Source of the DNA: Lytechinus pictus
Taxonomy: Eukaryota
Assembly (NCBI RefSeq): GCF_037042905.1
Contig: NC_087263.1
Span: 15,688,001 to 15,752,000 of the forward strand
DNA length: 64,000 nucleotides
Reading direction: 5' to 3'
The position numbers and the translations under genes are program-made. This document shows positions 12,269 through 23,874 of this stretch, piece after piece (position 1 is the first letter of the stretch; each line of letters begins with the position of its first letter). The notes under the pieces are model-generated. The model searched no databases. It had not been told where the DNA came from and saw only the letters and a list, made by a program, of their open reading frames with translations.

Positions 12269-13093
12269 ATTACTTTAAACTAAAATTAAAACATAAAATT
12301 ATTATCCTTTTTTTATTAAAAAAATCTGACACAAGTCCTTCTCAGATGTGCTCATTATTGTGTCTATCCTCTCCTCTATTTTCTCCTCTCCAGTCCGCTT
12401 ATCCGCCTTCCTACCGGTTATTTGTTTAACGGCATCAATCACATTTATCGTGCATTATATTCTTTCCAGGTTATTTTATATATTTTTTCTCCTCTTATAC
12501 ACATCATTGAATCCAGTTTGCTTGAGTCCACGACGGCATGTGTTCTATCTACGTACAGCAGCACCCATCCATCTTATCAGGGCATTCTCCCCCTTTTTCC
12601 CTTTTTTTTTTTTTTTTTTCTTCTCAAGTTTTTCTGGGGGGGGGGGGTGGGAAGGGTAGATATTTTTAGGACGGGTTGTTTTGTCCTTCACCAAACTGTA
12701 TATTTTTTATTACTTTGTATTTATTTTGTGAGTATTTCCCTCTCATTTATTCATTCTTTTCTCATTTGATTATCTGTATTTATACTTTGTCATTTTGTTA
12801 TTTGTTGTGTTATCTATTTCTTGAGGGGCCCACATTGTACAAGCATTGCTTTTTAGTGGGTCCCTCCATTTCCATCTTAATTTAATTTATATTGAAAAAT
12901 AGTATATATATTTAAAACCTACAATGTGTTGCCCAAATCGTCTAAGTGTTTTTTTTTTTTTTTTTTTCACTACATATGTATAATTAATTTTGTTTGCAAC
13001 GGATACAAATATTTATGTTTTATATATGGTATACAATTTGTTTTTGTTTGATGGAAGTGAAATAAATGAATTTGAATTTGAATTTGAATTTGA
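12269..13093 (+). mobile_element. 5'-truncated LINE (last ORF2 codons plus 3' UTR) nested in the host LINE
   Basis: ATATT duplicated at 12264-12268 and 13094-13098. Starts with YFKLKLKHK-like ORF2 end, shares the 3' stem-loop, ends AATAAA + (TTTGAA)n. Confidence 0.88.
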
Positions 13094-13095
13094 AT

Positions 13096-13960
13096 ATTTC
13101 ACATGACTATGAGTATACGGTTTGTGATTATCTCAACTCCATGAACCCCACTGTAGAATCTCTATTTATTGAAATTAATATTCCTGGTAGCAAAAATATG
13201 ATCATTGGTGTAGTTTATAGACCCCCAAACTCAAATACGAATGACTTTCTAACTTACCTTTCCGAAACAACAAATAATCCAGTTCTCGTTAATAAGGATG
13301 TAGTATTTATAGGTGATTTTAACATTGATTTATTGAAACACAACAATATATCTCAAGATTTTCTTGAAACTTTTTTTTCGGCCTCCTTCTTGCCACTGAT
13401 TTCTAAACCTACTCGTGTAGTTAATGAAACTGCTACACTTATTGACAACATTTTCTGCAACATTCTTCCTCCTCCCGATTCTTCTATAATACTTTCTGAC
13501 ATAACGGACCATTTCCCGATTCTAACTCATTTTTCATTAAGACGACCAACTAGACCGATGCACTCCCAACAACGAAGACGTAGACCTATACGCACGAAAA
13601 TACAGCCAGTTTGGGTGCTTCTTTGGACAATGTCGACTGGTCAGTTGTATACAATTCTGTAGATGTTAATGCGTCCTTTAACCTTTTTATGAATATAATT
13701 AATGAGAAATTAATCCTGCATATACCGTTAAAAAAAGATAAGCGTAATACATACAAAACGATATCTAAGTCACCATGGATATCGCCATCTATCTTACGTT
13801 CGATTAATAGAAAAAATAACTTATTTTATAAATTCAAAATGAAAGGTACAGAACAATCAAAAATAAAATACACATCTTATAAGAATACACTTACTAAAAT
13901 ATTACGCATTGAAAAGAAAAATTACTTTGTGAGACAGTTGGCTCTATATAAAAACACATG
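13096..13960 (+). pseudogene. LINE ORF2 endonuclease C-terminal half and linker (frameshifted)
   Basis: VYRPPN, GDFNIDLL, KPTR, LIDNIF, SDITDHFPI motifs, then SPWIS; frame changes near 13590-13610 and ~13955. Confidence 0.85.
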
Positions 13961-15736
13961 CAAAACACGTGGAAAGTTCTAAAACAGACCATGAATTTAT
14001 CCAATAATAAATCAAGTATTTCCAAAATTAGATTTAATAATGTTATTGTTGATGATGGTGACAACCTTTCAAATATTTTTAATAACCATTTCTCTTCCAT
14101 TGGCGCAAATCTGGCAAAAGATATTCCTCCCGCGACGAAAAGTTTTTCGGACTATCTCGGCCCGCCTAACCCAAATTCAATATTTTTTGCTCCAACATAT
14201 AATCAAGAAGTTATTGATATCGTATCTGGTTTGAAAAATAAAAAAAGCCCTGGCTTTGATGAAATTAATAATTTTATTTTAAAATCCGTAATAAATTCTA
14301 TTGTTTCCCCACTGGTGCACATATTCAACCTTTCCTTAGAAAATGGTACAGTTCCAAATCAAATGAAGATAGCCAAGGTAATCCCTTTATTTAAAAAAGG
14401 TGATAAGTTGGATGTCGGTAATTACCGACCTATCTCTCTTTTGTCCACATTCTCTAAGATCCTTGAAAGAATAGTATACGTTAGAACCGAAAATTTTTTG
14501 TCAATGCATAATATTTTATCTGATGTTCAATTTGGGTTTCGCGAAAAGCACAACACCACTCATGCCCTGATGAATTTTGTCAACAAAGTAGTTAATGCTC
14601 TAGATAAATCTAGTCACCTTGTGGGTATTTTCCTGGACTACTCCAAGGCCTTCGATACCATCAATCATGAAATCCTACTTAAAAAAATGTCTCACTATGG
14701 TGTGCGAGGGAAGGCCTTGGAGTGGTTCAGGAGTTACTTATTCAACAGACAACAATACGTGTTTGTTAAAGATCATAACTCCAATTTAAAATATGTTAAC
14801 TGTGGAGTCCCTCAGGGTAGCTTATTAGGCCCACTTCTTTTCACAATTTATATAAATGATTTCTGTAGATCATCCAAAATATTGTCCCTTATCTTGTTTG
14901 CAGATGATTCGACCTTATTTTTTTCTCATCAGAATCCACAAACTTTAGTTGATGTTATCAATTCTGAACTTATTAATGTTACTGAATGGATAAGAGCCAA
15001 TCGATTATCTTTGAACCTTAACAAAACAAAATACATGTTATTTAGTAATTCCATAGACAAGTTACCGATGAACATTATGTTTGATAATACCCCATTACAA
15101 ATGGTACCTTACACCAAATTTTTTGGCATAACAGTCGACAGTAAACTTTCTTGGAAAAATCATATTGAAAATATATCCAAAATAATTTCACGAAATATAG
15201 GTATTATTAATAGGCTAAAATTTTGCATTCCCTCCACATCACTAATCATGCTCTACTCATCCTTAATCTTGCCTTATTTAAACTACGGGATTCTTATTTG
15301 GGGTGATACCCATCAATACTTATTAGACAAATTGTTGCTTTTGCAAAAGAAAGCACTTCGTATTATTTATAGTACATGTTTCCGTTCTCATACGGACCCA
15401 CTTTTTCTAGAAAGTAAACTGTTGAAAGTCAAAGACCTGTATTTACTACAGTTAGGGCACTTCATGTATAGTTATAATAATAATGCACTTCCCCATATTT
15501 TTGATGCCATGTTCCCTAAAAATCAATTTTATCATAACTACCCCACGAGACACTCTGACGAACTTCACATTCCACTTTACAGAACTTTACTGGCCAAAAA
15601 TACATTCCTTTTCAACGGTCCTAAATTCTGGAACTCACTAGCTAATAATATTAAAGACAGTGTCTCCTTAAATTCATTCAAACATAAACTCAAACTTATC
15701 CTGCTTAATTCCTATAATTCTTCGCAACGGAACTAA
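13958..15736 (+). pseudogene. LINE ORF2 reverse transcriptase domain and C-terminus (uninterrupted 592-aa segment of a disrupted ORF)
   Basis: SPGFD, YRPISLL, QFGFR, FLDYSKAFD, GVPQGSLLGP and FADDS motifs. Confidence 0.95.
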
Positions 15737-17935
15737 CACTTCATTATCTTGATTTTAATCATTACATTTTTCACTTTCATTGTTTTATCTTTTTTCATCT
15801 GATATTGTCCAGTTATATCATCTTTTGTCATTTCACCAGATCAAGCTGGTTCGTGGTCAGCCCTTTCCCATTCTTAGTATTCCTCCTTTTATAAAGTAGT
15901 TATCTTGTCTTGTACTGTCCTGTCTTTTGTTTTGTCTTGTCTTCTATGTCTTGTCATCCCCTCTCTCTCTTTCTGTTTTTTTTTTTTTTTTTTTTTTTTT
16001 TCTTTCTTTCCTTTCTTCTGTCTTGCGCAACACATCCTTTACTACGAAGACCTCTTTGTGTGAAAAGCTTTGCATTAGTTCAGTAATTATATTTGCATCC
16101 GTATGATTTCTTTTGTTCTCTTTTTCTTTCCTGTAATAGATATAATTATGTACGCATATCAGAATAAGTCTACTATACTTTTTTCATTTCCAAGGGGATC
16201 CACACTTTACAAGCTTTGCTTTTTAGTGGATCCCCCTCATTTCCATTTATGCTCTATATTATACTGTTTTTTCTGTTTTGTTTTTTTTACGAAGTAAGAA
16301 TGCCCTTCTGTAAAATTGTACTTGATTTGTATTACTTTATATTACTTTGTATTATGTTTTTTGAATGGAAATGAAATAAAAGAATTGAATTGAATTGAGC
16401 TCCATCTAATTAAAAAGGGATACAATTATCAGTGTAAGCTTTAACACGTATAGTATTTTAAAAAAAATGTGTGGTGATGCTATGAGAAAACATCGAAAAA
16501 TCTCAGATTATTTTTATCCGGGGACGCAAACTTAAGCTTGTTGAATAGTCAGTGGGGAAGGTCTGGTTTTGCCGTTTTGTGTGTTTTTCTTCAGAAAGAA
16601 TTTAACCCACGTTTTGCTTCACTCAGCCCAGGGGACATGGTAGAGTACCCCGGTTTAAAAATAGGCAATTCGAGCTGAGGCAGGGGTCGTGCGCCTCGCT
16701 CGGAAACGATTATATCTAGATGGCGCTATACAAATTCGTCATGTTTATAATAATTTTAGTGAATAAATGCAAATTTATTACCACAGACAGTCTTCGGGGG
16801 ATATTTGTGACATGATGATGTCCCGTTTCATGAAGACAATTTCTATAGCAAATTTACTATCAGCCAATCAGATTGCAGAATTTCAGTAGCTTTTAACTGT
16901 TATTGCAAATTTGTTATCCTGGTAAATATTATGAATTGGGCCCCTGATTGCTAAATTTTCCCTAAATAACATCATGAAAATCAGAAAGGCACGATGCATG
17001 CGCAGATGGAGAGTTCAATTGGAATTGTACTTTCTTCCCAAAGTAACGAGAGCCACCAACCACTAGCATGCAGATGTGGAATTTGGGGGCTCCCCCCCCC
17101 CCCACAAAAAAAATAAAAGTTATACAACCTATACAACCAAAAAAGAAAAAGGGAAAAAGAAAGAAAAGGAAAGGGAAAAGGTTAAATATGATGATTGTCT
17201 GAATATCATCTCAACATTTATTACAATTTTTTATATAAATTATAAAGAAGCCAAATTTTGCATACTCGCTTCGCTCTCCCACAGCTGTTTAGATATACGC
17301 TATCATTCTGGCCCCCTCAAGTTGAAGGCTTTTTTTTCCTTTTATTTGAACAGTCCTACCTACATGTACATACACATTTTAGTGGGTTTACATGAAGCAC
17401 ATTGACACTGAATATTGAATCATATTGGCAAGGATTTACCAGCTAGAAACAGCTTTTAAAAGGAGGAAGTGCGGTCTGGAGTTGAATCGCCAGGCAATTA
17501 CACTTTCCAAAATCTCCGCGGGGCAATTTACAAATTTTGAAACATGTGTTTGGGGCCAATATCCATAGCAACTACCGCGAGTGACTAAAACTTTGTTGCG
17601 ACAAATTACCCGGCCTCTTCACGCAGGTGGATGATGTAACGATGACTTTCCTCCATAACTGACCAATCAGAGGGCAGCATGCATGCCATCCGTGAAATCG
17701 TCTTGGTAGTGCATCGAAGAAAAAAAATGAAATTCAGAATTGTCGATTATTTACTATAACTTAGTCACATTGTAAAGTTTAGAATTTACTTTTTCCTCAC
17801 TTATAACTTATTATGATTCCTCATGTACTCACAAGCGAGTGAATACAGTGTGAAAAAAATATTTCAAAAGTAACTCAAACTCTCTGACTGTCCCTAATTC
17901 CAAGCCCCGGGTTGAGCATGTGAAATCCGTTGTTA

Positions 17936-18155
17936 CACAGTAAAAAAAAAATTATACAACGCTGTTTACTATATGAACCTTACAGTAATTGTTTAAACAG
18001 TTTAAACAAGTGTTTAAATCTTAAGCAGCAAAGTTTAATTTTCAATATCTAATCTTCAATAAATTAAACATGATTGCTTATAAGATTAAACAAATACTGT
18101 AAGGTTTATATAGTAAACAGCGTTGTATAAAATCTTAAACTGCGTTTTTACTGTG
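17936..18155. mobile_element. CACAG...CTGTG MITE with TA TSD
   Basis: CACAGTAAAAA / TTTTTACTGTG termini, long inverted arms, TA on both sides. Confidence 0.8.
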
Positions 18156-18382
18156 TAGTTTTGCAAAGTAAAAATGCTGTTTAACAATTATCATGCAACG
18201 TTGTTCACAATGTGAATTTGACAGTACTTATTTAACAGTCTATTTAGACAAGACTTTGAAATCGCAAACGACAAAGTTTTCTTTTTTTATTTATTATTCT
18301 TCAATAAATCATACTGTTGAACAACCACTGTCGAGATCATATATTAAACATCGTTGTATAAAAATTTAACAGCGTTTAACTG

Positions 18383-18624
18383 CACTGCAAAAACTCCGGT
18401 GTTGATTTAACATCAGCCCGAAATCTATCATGTCCACACCAGAGAAGTATTGAAACAACACCAGTCTGGAATCAAACCGATGCTGTTTTAATACTAATTG
18501 TTGTTGTATAAACACTTATCTGGTGTTAGACCAAAACGAAACTGGTGTTGTTTAACACTTCTCTGGTGTGGACATAATATAGATTCCGGGCTGGTCTTAA
18601 ATCAACACAGGAGTTTTTGCAGTG
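18383..18624. mobile_element. CACTGCAAAAACTCC-family MITE with TG TSD
   Basis: CACTGCAAAAACTCC / GGAGTTTTTGCAGTG termini; closely similar copies at 27124-27371 and 45833-46072. Confidence 0.88.
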
Positions 18625-19628
18625 TGTGTGGGTAGCCAAAATTGTCATTGATTGCTATAACTTTCCTTACATTACATACCAACATGATTATTTTTTTCAT
18701 TAATAAATTTTAATGATTAGTTCCAATAAACCAACCTGTTCATTGGGGGCGATGCAAGAATATTTTGACAGGCGACAAGAGAACATTATTGTGTCGCATT
18801 TTTATAATTTCATACAAAGTGTGAACATGCCATCATCAGCCTGCTCATTCAATATTCATGAAGAAAGGCATATTATTGTTCGACCGAAATAATATATGCC
18901 AAATGTTGAAATGTCATGACGTTGTTTTTCCTTGTCTGATTTTGATGAAATTTTCGGTGTTGGCTTGCGTGATGTTAGTTTATCTGTTCCAATCATATCA
19001 TTTTTATAGCCTGTAGTACTCCTTTAAACGGAATACAGTACTCCATGGGTGTCTTAAAAATATTTTGTGGATATATTTAACTAACAACATCCAGTCGCAA
19101 TCAAGCCAGCAGGCCCTATTTCTAGCCAAAATCACGACTATGTTATATAACTCTAACGTTATCAGGAACTCGTGTGATTGCCGTTGATAGACCGGTTATT
19201 AAACTGATCTGGAATATTTCTTGTCGTAGTTATTAACACTGACTACCCACTAAAGATTGATGGCCAATATGTCGTAATTAATTACATTGGTCCACCAAAA
19301 TGTGCTTGAATTGAGCTATCGTTTGGAAACGCCATGCAGTCCAGTCGCATTAGCCACATTTTCGCAAAACTGTAGAAAGATCATAAAAACAATCGAAACT
19401 TACAAAATCTATCGAAAAACTGACGATTAATGAGGCCTATACAGTTGATTCCCTGTTTTCAACGCAAAAGTTTGCAATTAATCGCTGCATGGCTACTTGG
19501 CAATGGCCAATCATGATCGTCGTCGCATGCGCATTTTGTTCAAAACACTGATCAGGAGCAAATCAGAATTGTTCTTTCATACCTGCAAATCATTCCAAAT
19601 GTTGTGTTCATCATGCAATATCGAGTTT

Positions 19629-20222
19629 TCGCATTTACTACGGGGGAACTCTTTACAACGCATCGCTTCCTTTGAAAATGCAATTAAAATCACAATGAGG
19701 ATTTGGTCGAAAGTTGGTGGACTGGGACAGCAGATCATCCGAAGATTTGCACCGGACGAACAAAGACAAATAAGTCGTTGTCCAGAGTCAAGATATTCCG
19801 ATGCTGTCCCGGTCCATCAACTTTCGACAAACGCGTCTCAGCTCTCCATTGTGATTTGACTTGCATCTTCAAAAGAATTGGTGCGTCGTAGAAAGTTTCT
19901 CCGTACTAAATGCGACAAGTCCGGATTATCGAGTTCTTTTACACCGGGGACAGATTCTAGAACATATCAAATGCATTGAAAATGCCCATCAAATCACAAT
20001 GAACAGCTGAGAGGTCTTTGTCGAAAATTCATGTACCGGGACAGCAGATCATCCTAAGATTCGGATCTGACGAAAAAAAAATGCAAATATGTCGTTTGTC
20101 AAACGTCACGGACAATACTGCTGTTTCGATATACCAATTTTCAACAAAGACTCCTTTGTCATGAAGGGGTTTTGACAATAGATTCTCTACGTTCCAGAAA
20201 GTGTCTGCGTAGTGGTTGCGAA
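19629..20222. repeat. Two adjacent, related ~290-bp imperfect palindromes
   Basis: Unit 1 (19629-19915) folds back on itself. Unit 2 repeats the core AAATCACAATG...GGGACAGCAGATCATCC.AAGATT. Confidence 0.7.
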
Positions 20223-20438
20223 CGCTCCATAATGACGTGAAAGTGATTGCCTTCCTGTAATGAGTTCAAACATGATGTGTGTTTATAAATACATTGTCAT
20301 GAACTAATTGATAAAATGCAGGGGCAGTTATAAGGAAGTTACTTGTTAGAGACGTTGGGTTCAGTTAAAGGCTTTGGTTAGGCCTACCATTGATTTGACT
20401 TTTTTAAAATCTGAGCTGCCATATCCCATTTGTCCCTG

Positions 20439-20748
20439 GCCCGTATTCTCAATTCGGGTTTAACTTAGACCATGGTCTAAGTCTATGCTAAGTTATGGGA
20501 AGCCAAAAATTCAAAAATTATGTTTAGATTGTATATTTCTTATGATTACTATTTTGTTTCCTTTTGCTTTCATAATGAAGAAAAATACCTCAGTTATCAT
20601 TTCCAGACAATTGTGAATAATTTGAGTGTCAAATGAGTTAATAAATTGGATGTATACTGTTGAGGATTGTGCCCCAATTGGCTCTCCATACTTAAACCAC
20701 AACTTTAAACCAGGGTTTAATTTAAACCTGAGTTCAGAATACTGGCCC
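20439..20748. mobile_element. Harbinger-like MITE with CTG flanks
   Basis: GCCCGTATTCT / AGAATACTGGCCC termini; CTG at both sides. Confidence 0.6.
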
Positions 20749-20974
20749 CTGTGTCTGTAATAATTGTATATTATATCAAAAGAAGTCATTAAAAATATTG
20801 TTCCCGAAAATTGAAATTCAATGAAAAATAGAAGTGACCGGAAATGCCACCCCAATTTTATTCCATTAACTATATGTGTTACAATTAGACTCACATGAGA
20901 TAAATAAGAATGGCGGTCTTCCAGTCACTGATATCTTGAAAGTGTTGGCACGAATTCGATTTTTTTTTCTTGCT

Positions 20975-21009
<35 letters not shown>

Positions 21010-21070
21010 GGGGGGGGGGGGTCAATATGAACAATATTCAATACAGTGCACATCAAATGTTGTGATTTTT

Positions 21071-22041
21071 ATTGTCTCACCTGCATAGCAGAATGAGACT
21101 ATAGGCGCCGTTTTTCCGGCGGCGGCGTCAACACCAAATCTTAACCGCAGGGTAAGTTTTTGAAATGACAGAATAACTTAGAAAGTATATGGACCTAGTT
21201 CATGAAACATGGCCGTAAGGTTAAACAAGTATTACTAAACATCTTGCATGAGTTTCACGTCACATGACCAAGGTCAAAGGTCATTTAGGGTCAATGAACT
21301 TTGGCCAAATTGGGAGTATTTGTTGAATTACCATCATAACTTTAAAATTTTATGGATCTGACTCATGGAACTTGGACATAAGAGTAATCAAGTATCACTG
21401 AACATCCTGTGCGAGTTTCAGGTCACATGATCAAGGTAAAAGGTCATGTAAGGTCAATTAACTTTGGCCATGTTGGGTGTATTTGTTGAATTACCATCAT
21501 ATCTATGTAAGTGTATTGGTCTAGTTCACAAAACGTGGACAAAAGAGTAACCAAGTATCACTGAGCATCTTGTGCGAGTTTCAGGTCACATGACCAAGGT
21601 CAAAGGTCAATGGACATTGGCCATGTTGGGGATATTTGTTGAATTACCATCATAAGTATATTGGTCTAGTTCATAAAACTTGGACATAAGAGTCGTCAAG
21701 TATCACTGAACATCTCATGCGAGTTTCAGGTCACATATTCAAAGTCAAAGGTCATTTAAGGTCATTGAACTTTGGCCATTTTAGAGGTAATTATTAGATT
21801 GCTGTCATAACTTTCAAAGTTTATAGATATAGTGTATAAAATGTGGATATAGGGGTAATCAAGTATCACTGACAGGTTTAAGGTCACATGATCAAGGTCA
21901 AATATCAATGAACGTAGTATCGTATCATTATATGAATGGTGTTTTTTGTGAATAATTATTTTATAGTAGTTTTCAAAGTCAGCACTGCTGCTATATTGAA
22001 TCGCGTGATGCAGGTGAGACCGCCAGAGGCATTCCACTTGT
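21071..22041 (+). mobile_element. Helentron/HINE (DINE-1-like) non-autonomous element with five internal ~145-163-bp repeats
   Basis: 13-bp subterminal inverted repeats GTCTCACCTGCAT (21074-21086) / ATGCAGGTGAGAC (22008-22020), 5' partial IR TGAGAC, short (GGC)n, 3' mini-hairpin GCC-AGA-GGC, T-run flanks. Confidence 0.8.
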
Positions 22042-23149
22042 TTTTGTTTAAGATCTTTGTAATGTCAATCTATGTCATTTAGATATAGGAAATAGCGTGA
22101 GACATAGAGGATGGTAATGGCTGAATGGACCAGCAGTTTCTAGGGGTAGCGCCAATGGAAGGAGGGGGTAACTGCCCGGCAATTTTATTGCCCCAAAATA
22201 CCCTTTTCATTGATCATAACTTTTGTTATAATAGTAGGGAAATGGACGAGGAGAAGAAGGGAAGAAAAGGGTATCAATATTTGGGAATAGGGGCTGGATT
22301 ATTGCATCTGTTTTTATTTCGTTGGTTAAAAGAGGATAAATTTATGTCATTTGTGCCCCCCTCCCTCTCGCTATCAAAACATATTTCACTTCATTGGTGT
22401 CATTTCCAACCACTCACACTCCGCTATCCCCACCGATCCCCCCTCTCTCTCTCTTTCTCCTACGAAGTCATCATAACATAAAATATCAACGTTATGGACA
22501 CCGTTCTCACTGCATTTCTAAAACTAGTTTAACGTGTAGTGAAAACGGTCGAAGCGATCTTCCAAACCGGTTCAGAAAACATTAGTGCCTTCTCTAACAT
22601 TACCCGATCCCGAATTGGAAAGTTCATGGAATATAGGCTAGAGCACTTTTTACACAATACGTGGGCGTTTGACCACGGACCTACCTCCAGCTAACTACAC
22701 ACTAATAATAGCGCTGATTCATGGGGTACACATTAGTGCCAAAAGTACCACTATTTCATATGAAATATCATATTTCTATAGCACAAACTCTGCCAGAAAT
22801 TATTGAGAGACCTGAAAAGTGCCCCGGTGTCAGAATTTAAACAATCTAGGAGAGTTGTTTCGTGTGATTACCCTTTTTTTTCTTTATCAAATTATTTTTA
22901 TTACCTCATAAGCCTATGTCTCTTGACCATGACTGTTTTGTGAGAAATGGAGAGAAATATGGAAATGTCATTGTAAATATTCTTATTTCACGTCCGATTC
23001 TGAAGAAATGTCCTGCCTTGTGTTTGTTCTAATAATATCTTTTTTAAAATCAAAACAAATTTCAGATGAACGTCACCGTTTAAGACCCACAGACCTCCAT
23101 GTTCATGAGGAATTCGACACAGTCACATTAAAAAAACGGTTTATTTTCA

Positions 23150-23522
23150 GTTATTGTTATTCGTCCAATTACCAACTCGTCTACTATCATTTGGTCTACC
23201 ATCAGTTCGTCCATTATCCACATGATCTCACTGCCATTTCGTCTAATAGCCATTTAGACCATAAAAATTACACAATTTGGTCTAATTGGACTAAGTGTCA
23301 ATTTGGCAACATGAATGAAAATAAAATGGATATCAGACCAACTGATTGTGAGATGAAATGATCTTAGACGAACTGGTGATTAAACGAAGTGATGATTGGA
23401 CCAAATGGCTATTGGACAAAAGGTAAGTAAGACGAAATGTTGGCCGGAATGGCATTAGGCCAAATGAAGGTAGACCATATTTGATGAGTGGACGAGTTTG
23501 CAATAGACGAATTGGCAATTTA
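23150..23522. mobile_element. MITE-like element built of short GACGAA/TTCGTC repeats in inverted halves
   Basis: TCGTCCAATTACCAACTCGTCTAC... in the left half, ...GGACGAGTTTGCAATAGACGAATTGGC in the right; related copy at ~39800-40080. Confidence 0.6.
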
Positions 23523-23662
23523 CAAAAAAAAAACTCCAAACCGACCGATAACGTCAAAGCTATGATCGGATCGGAGTCGGCTTGGGCTATGTGACCGTGT
23601 CATCCTCTCTCGTAATTTATTCTAACCAACCCTCAAAGTTGGTTAAATATTAATCTACCAAC

Positions 23663-23874
23663 CAGGGGTGGATCCAGGAATTTTCAAAGGGGGGGGGGCA
23701 CATTTTCCCAAGGAAAATTTGACAAGCAAAAAAAAGGTCGCCACTTGTGTACGAACGTCATATTTCCAAAAAATATATGTGACTCTCAAAGGGGGGGCAC
23801 GCTTGTGTATGAACGACAACTCAAAAGGGAGGGGCACGGGCCGGAAATGCCCCCCCCCCTTATATCCGCCACTG
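23663..23874. mobile_element. hAT-like MITE with 8-bp TSD, nested in an older palindromic MITE (~23605-24045)
   Basis: CAGGGGTGGAT / ATATCCGCCACTG termini; TSD CTACCAAC at 23655-23662 and 23875-23882. Confidence 0.85.

Larger units (their letters stand above)
11513..16398 (+). mobile_element. Non-LTR retrotransposon (L2/CR1-group LINE), decayed; 5' boundary uncertain
   Basis: APE endonuclease and RT coding segments, 3' UTR with stem-loop, AATAAA and (ATTGA)n tail ending at 16398. Confidence 0.92.

Noticed and set aside
13958..15736. Active retroelement or domesticated stand-alone RT gene
   Set aside because: It is the tail of an ORF2 broken by a nested insertion, two frameshifts and a probable premature stop.
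19497..19891. 120-aa ORF at 19497
   Set aside because: It lies across a palindromic repeat, with no homology and no splice signals.
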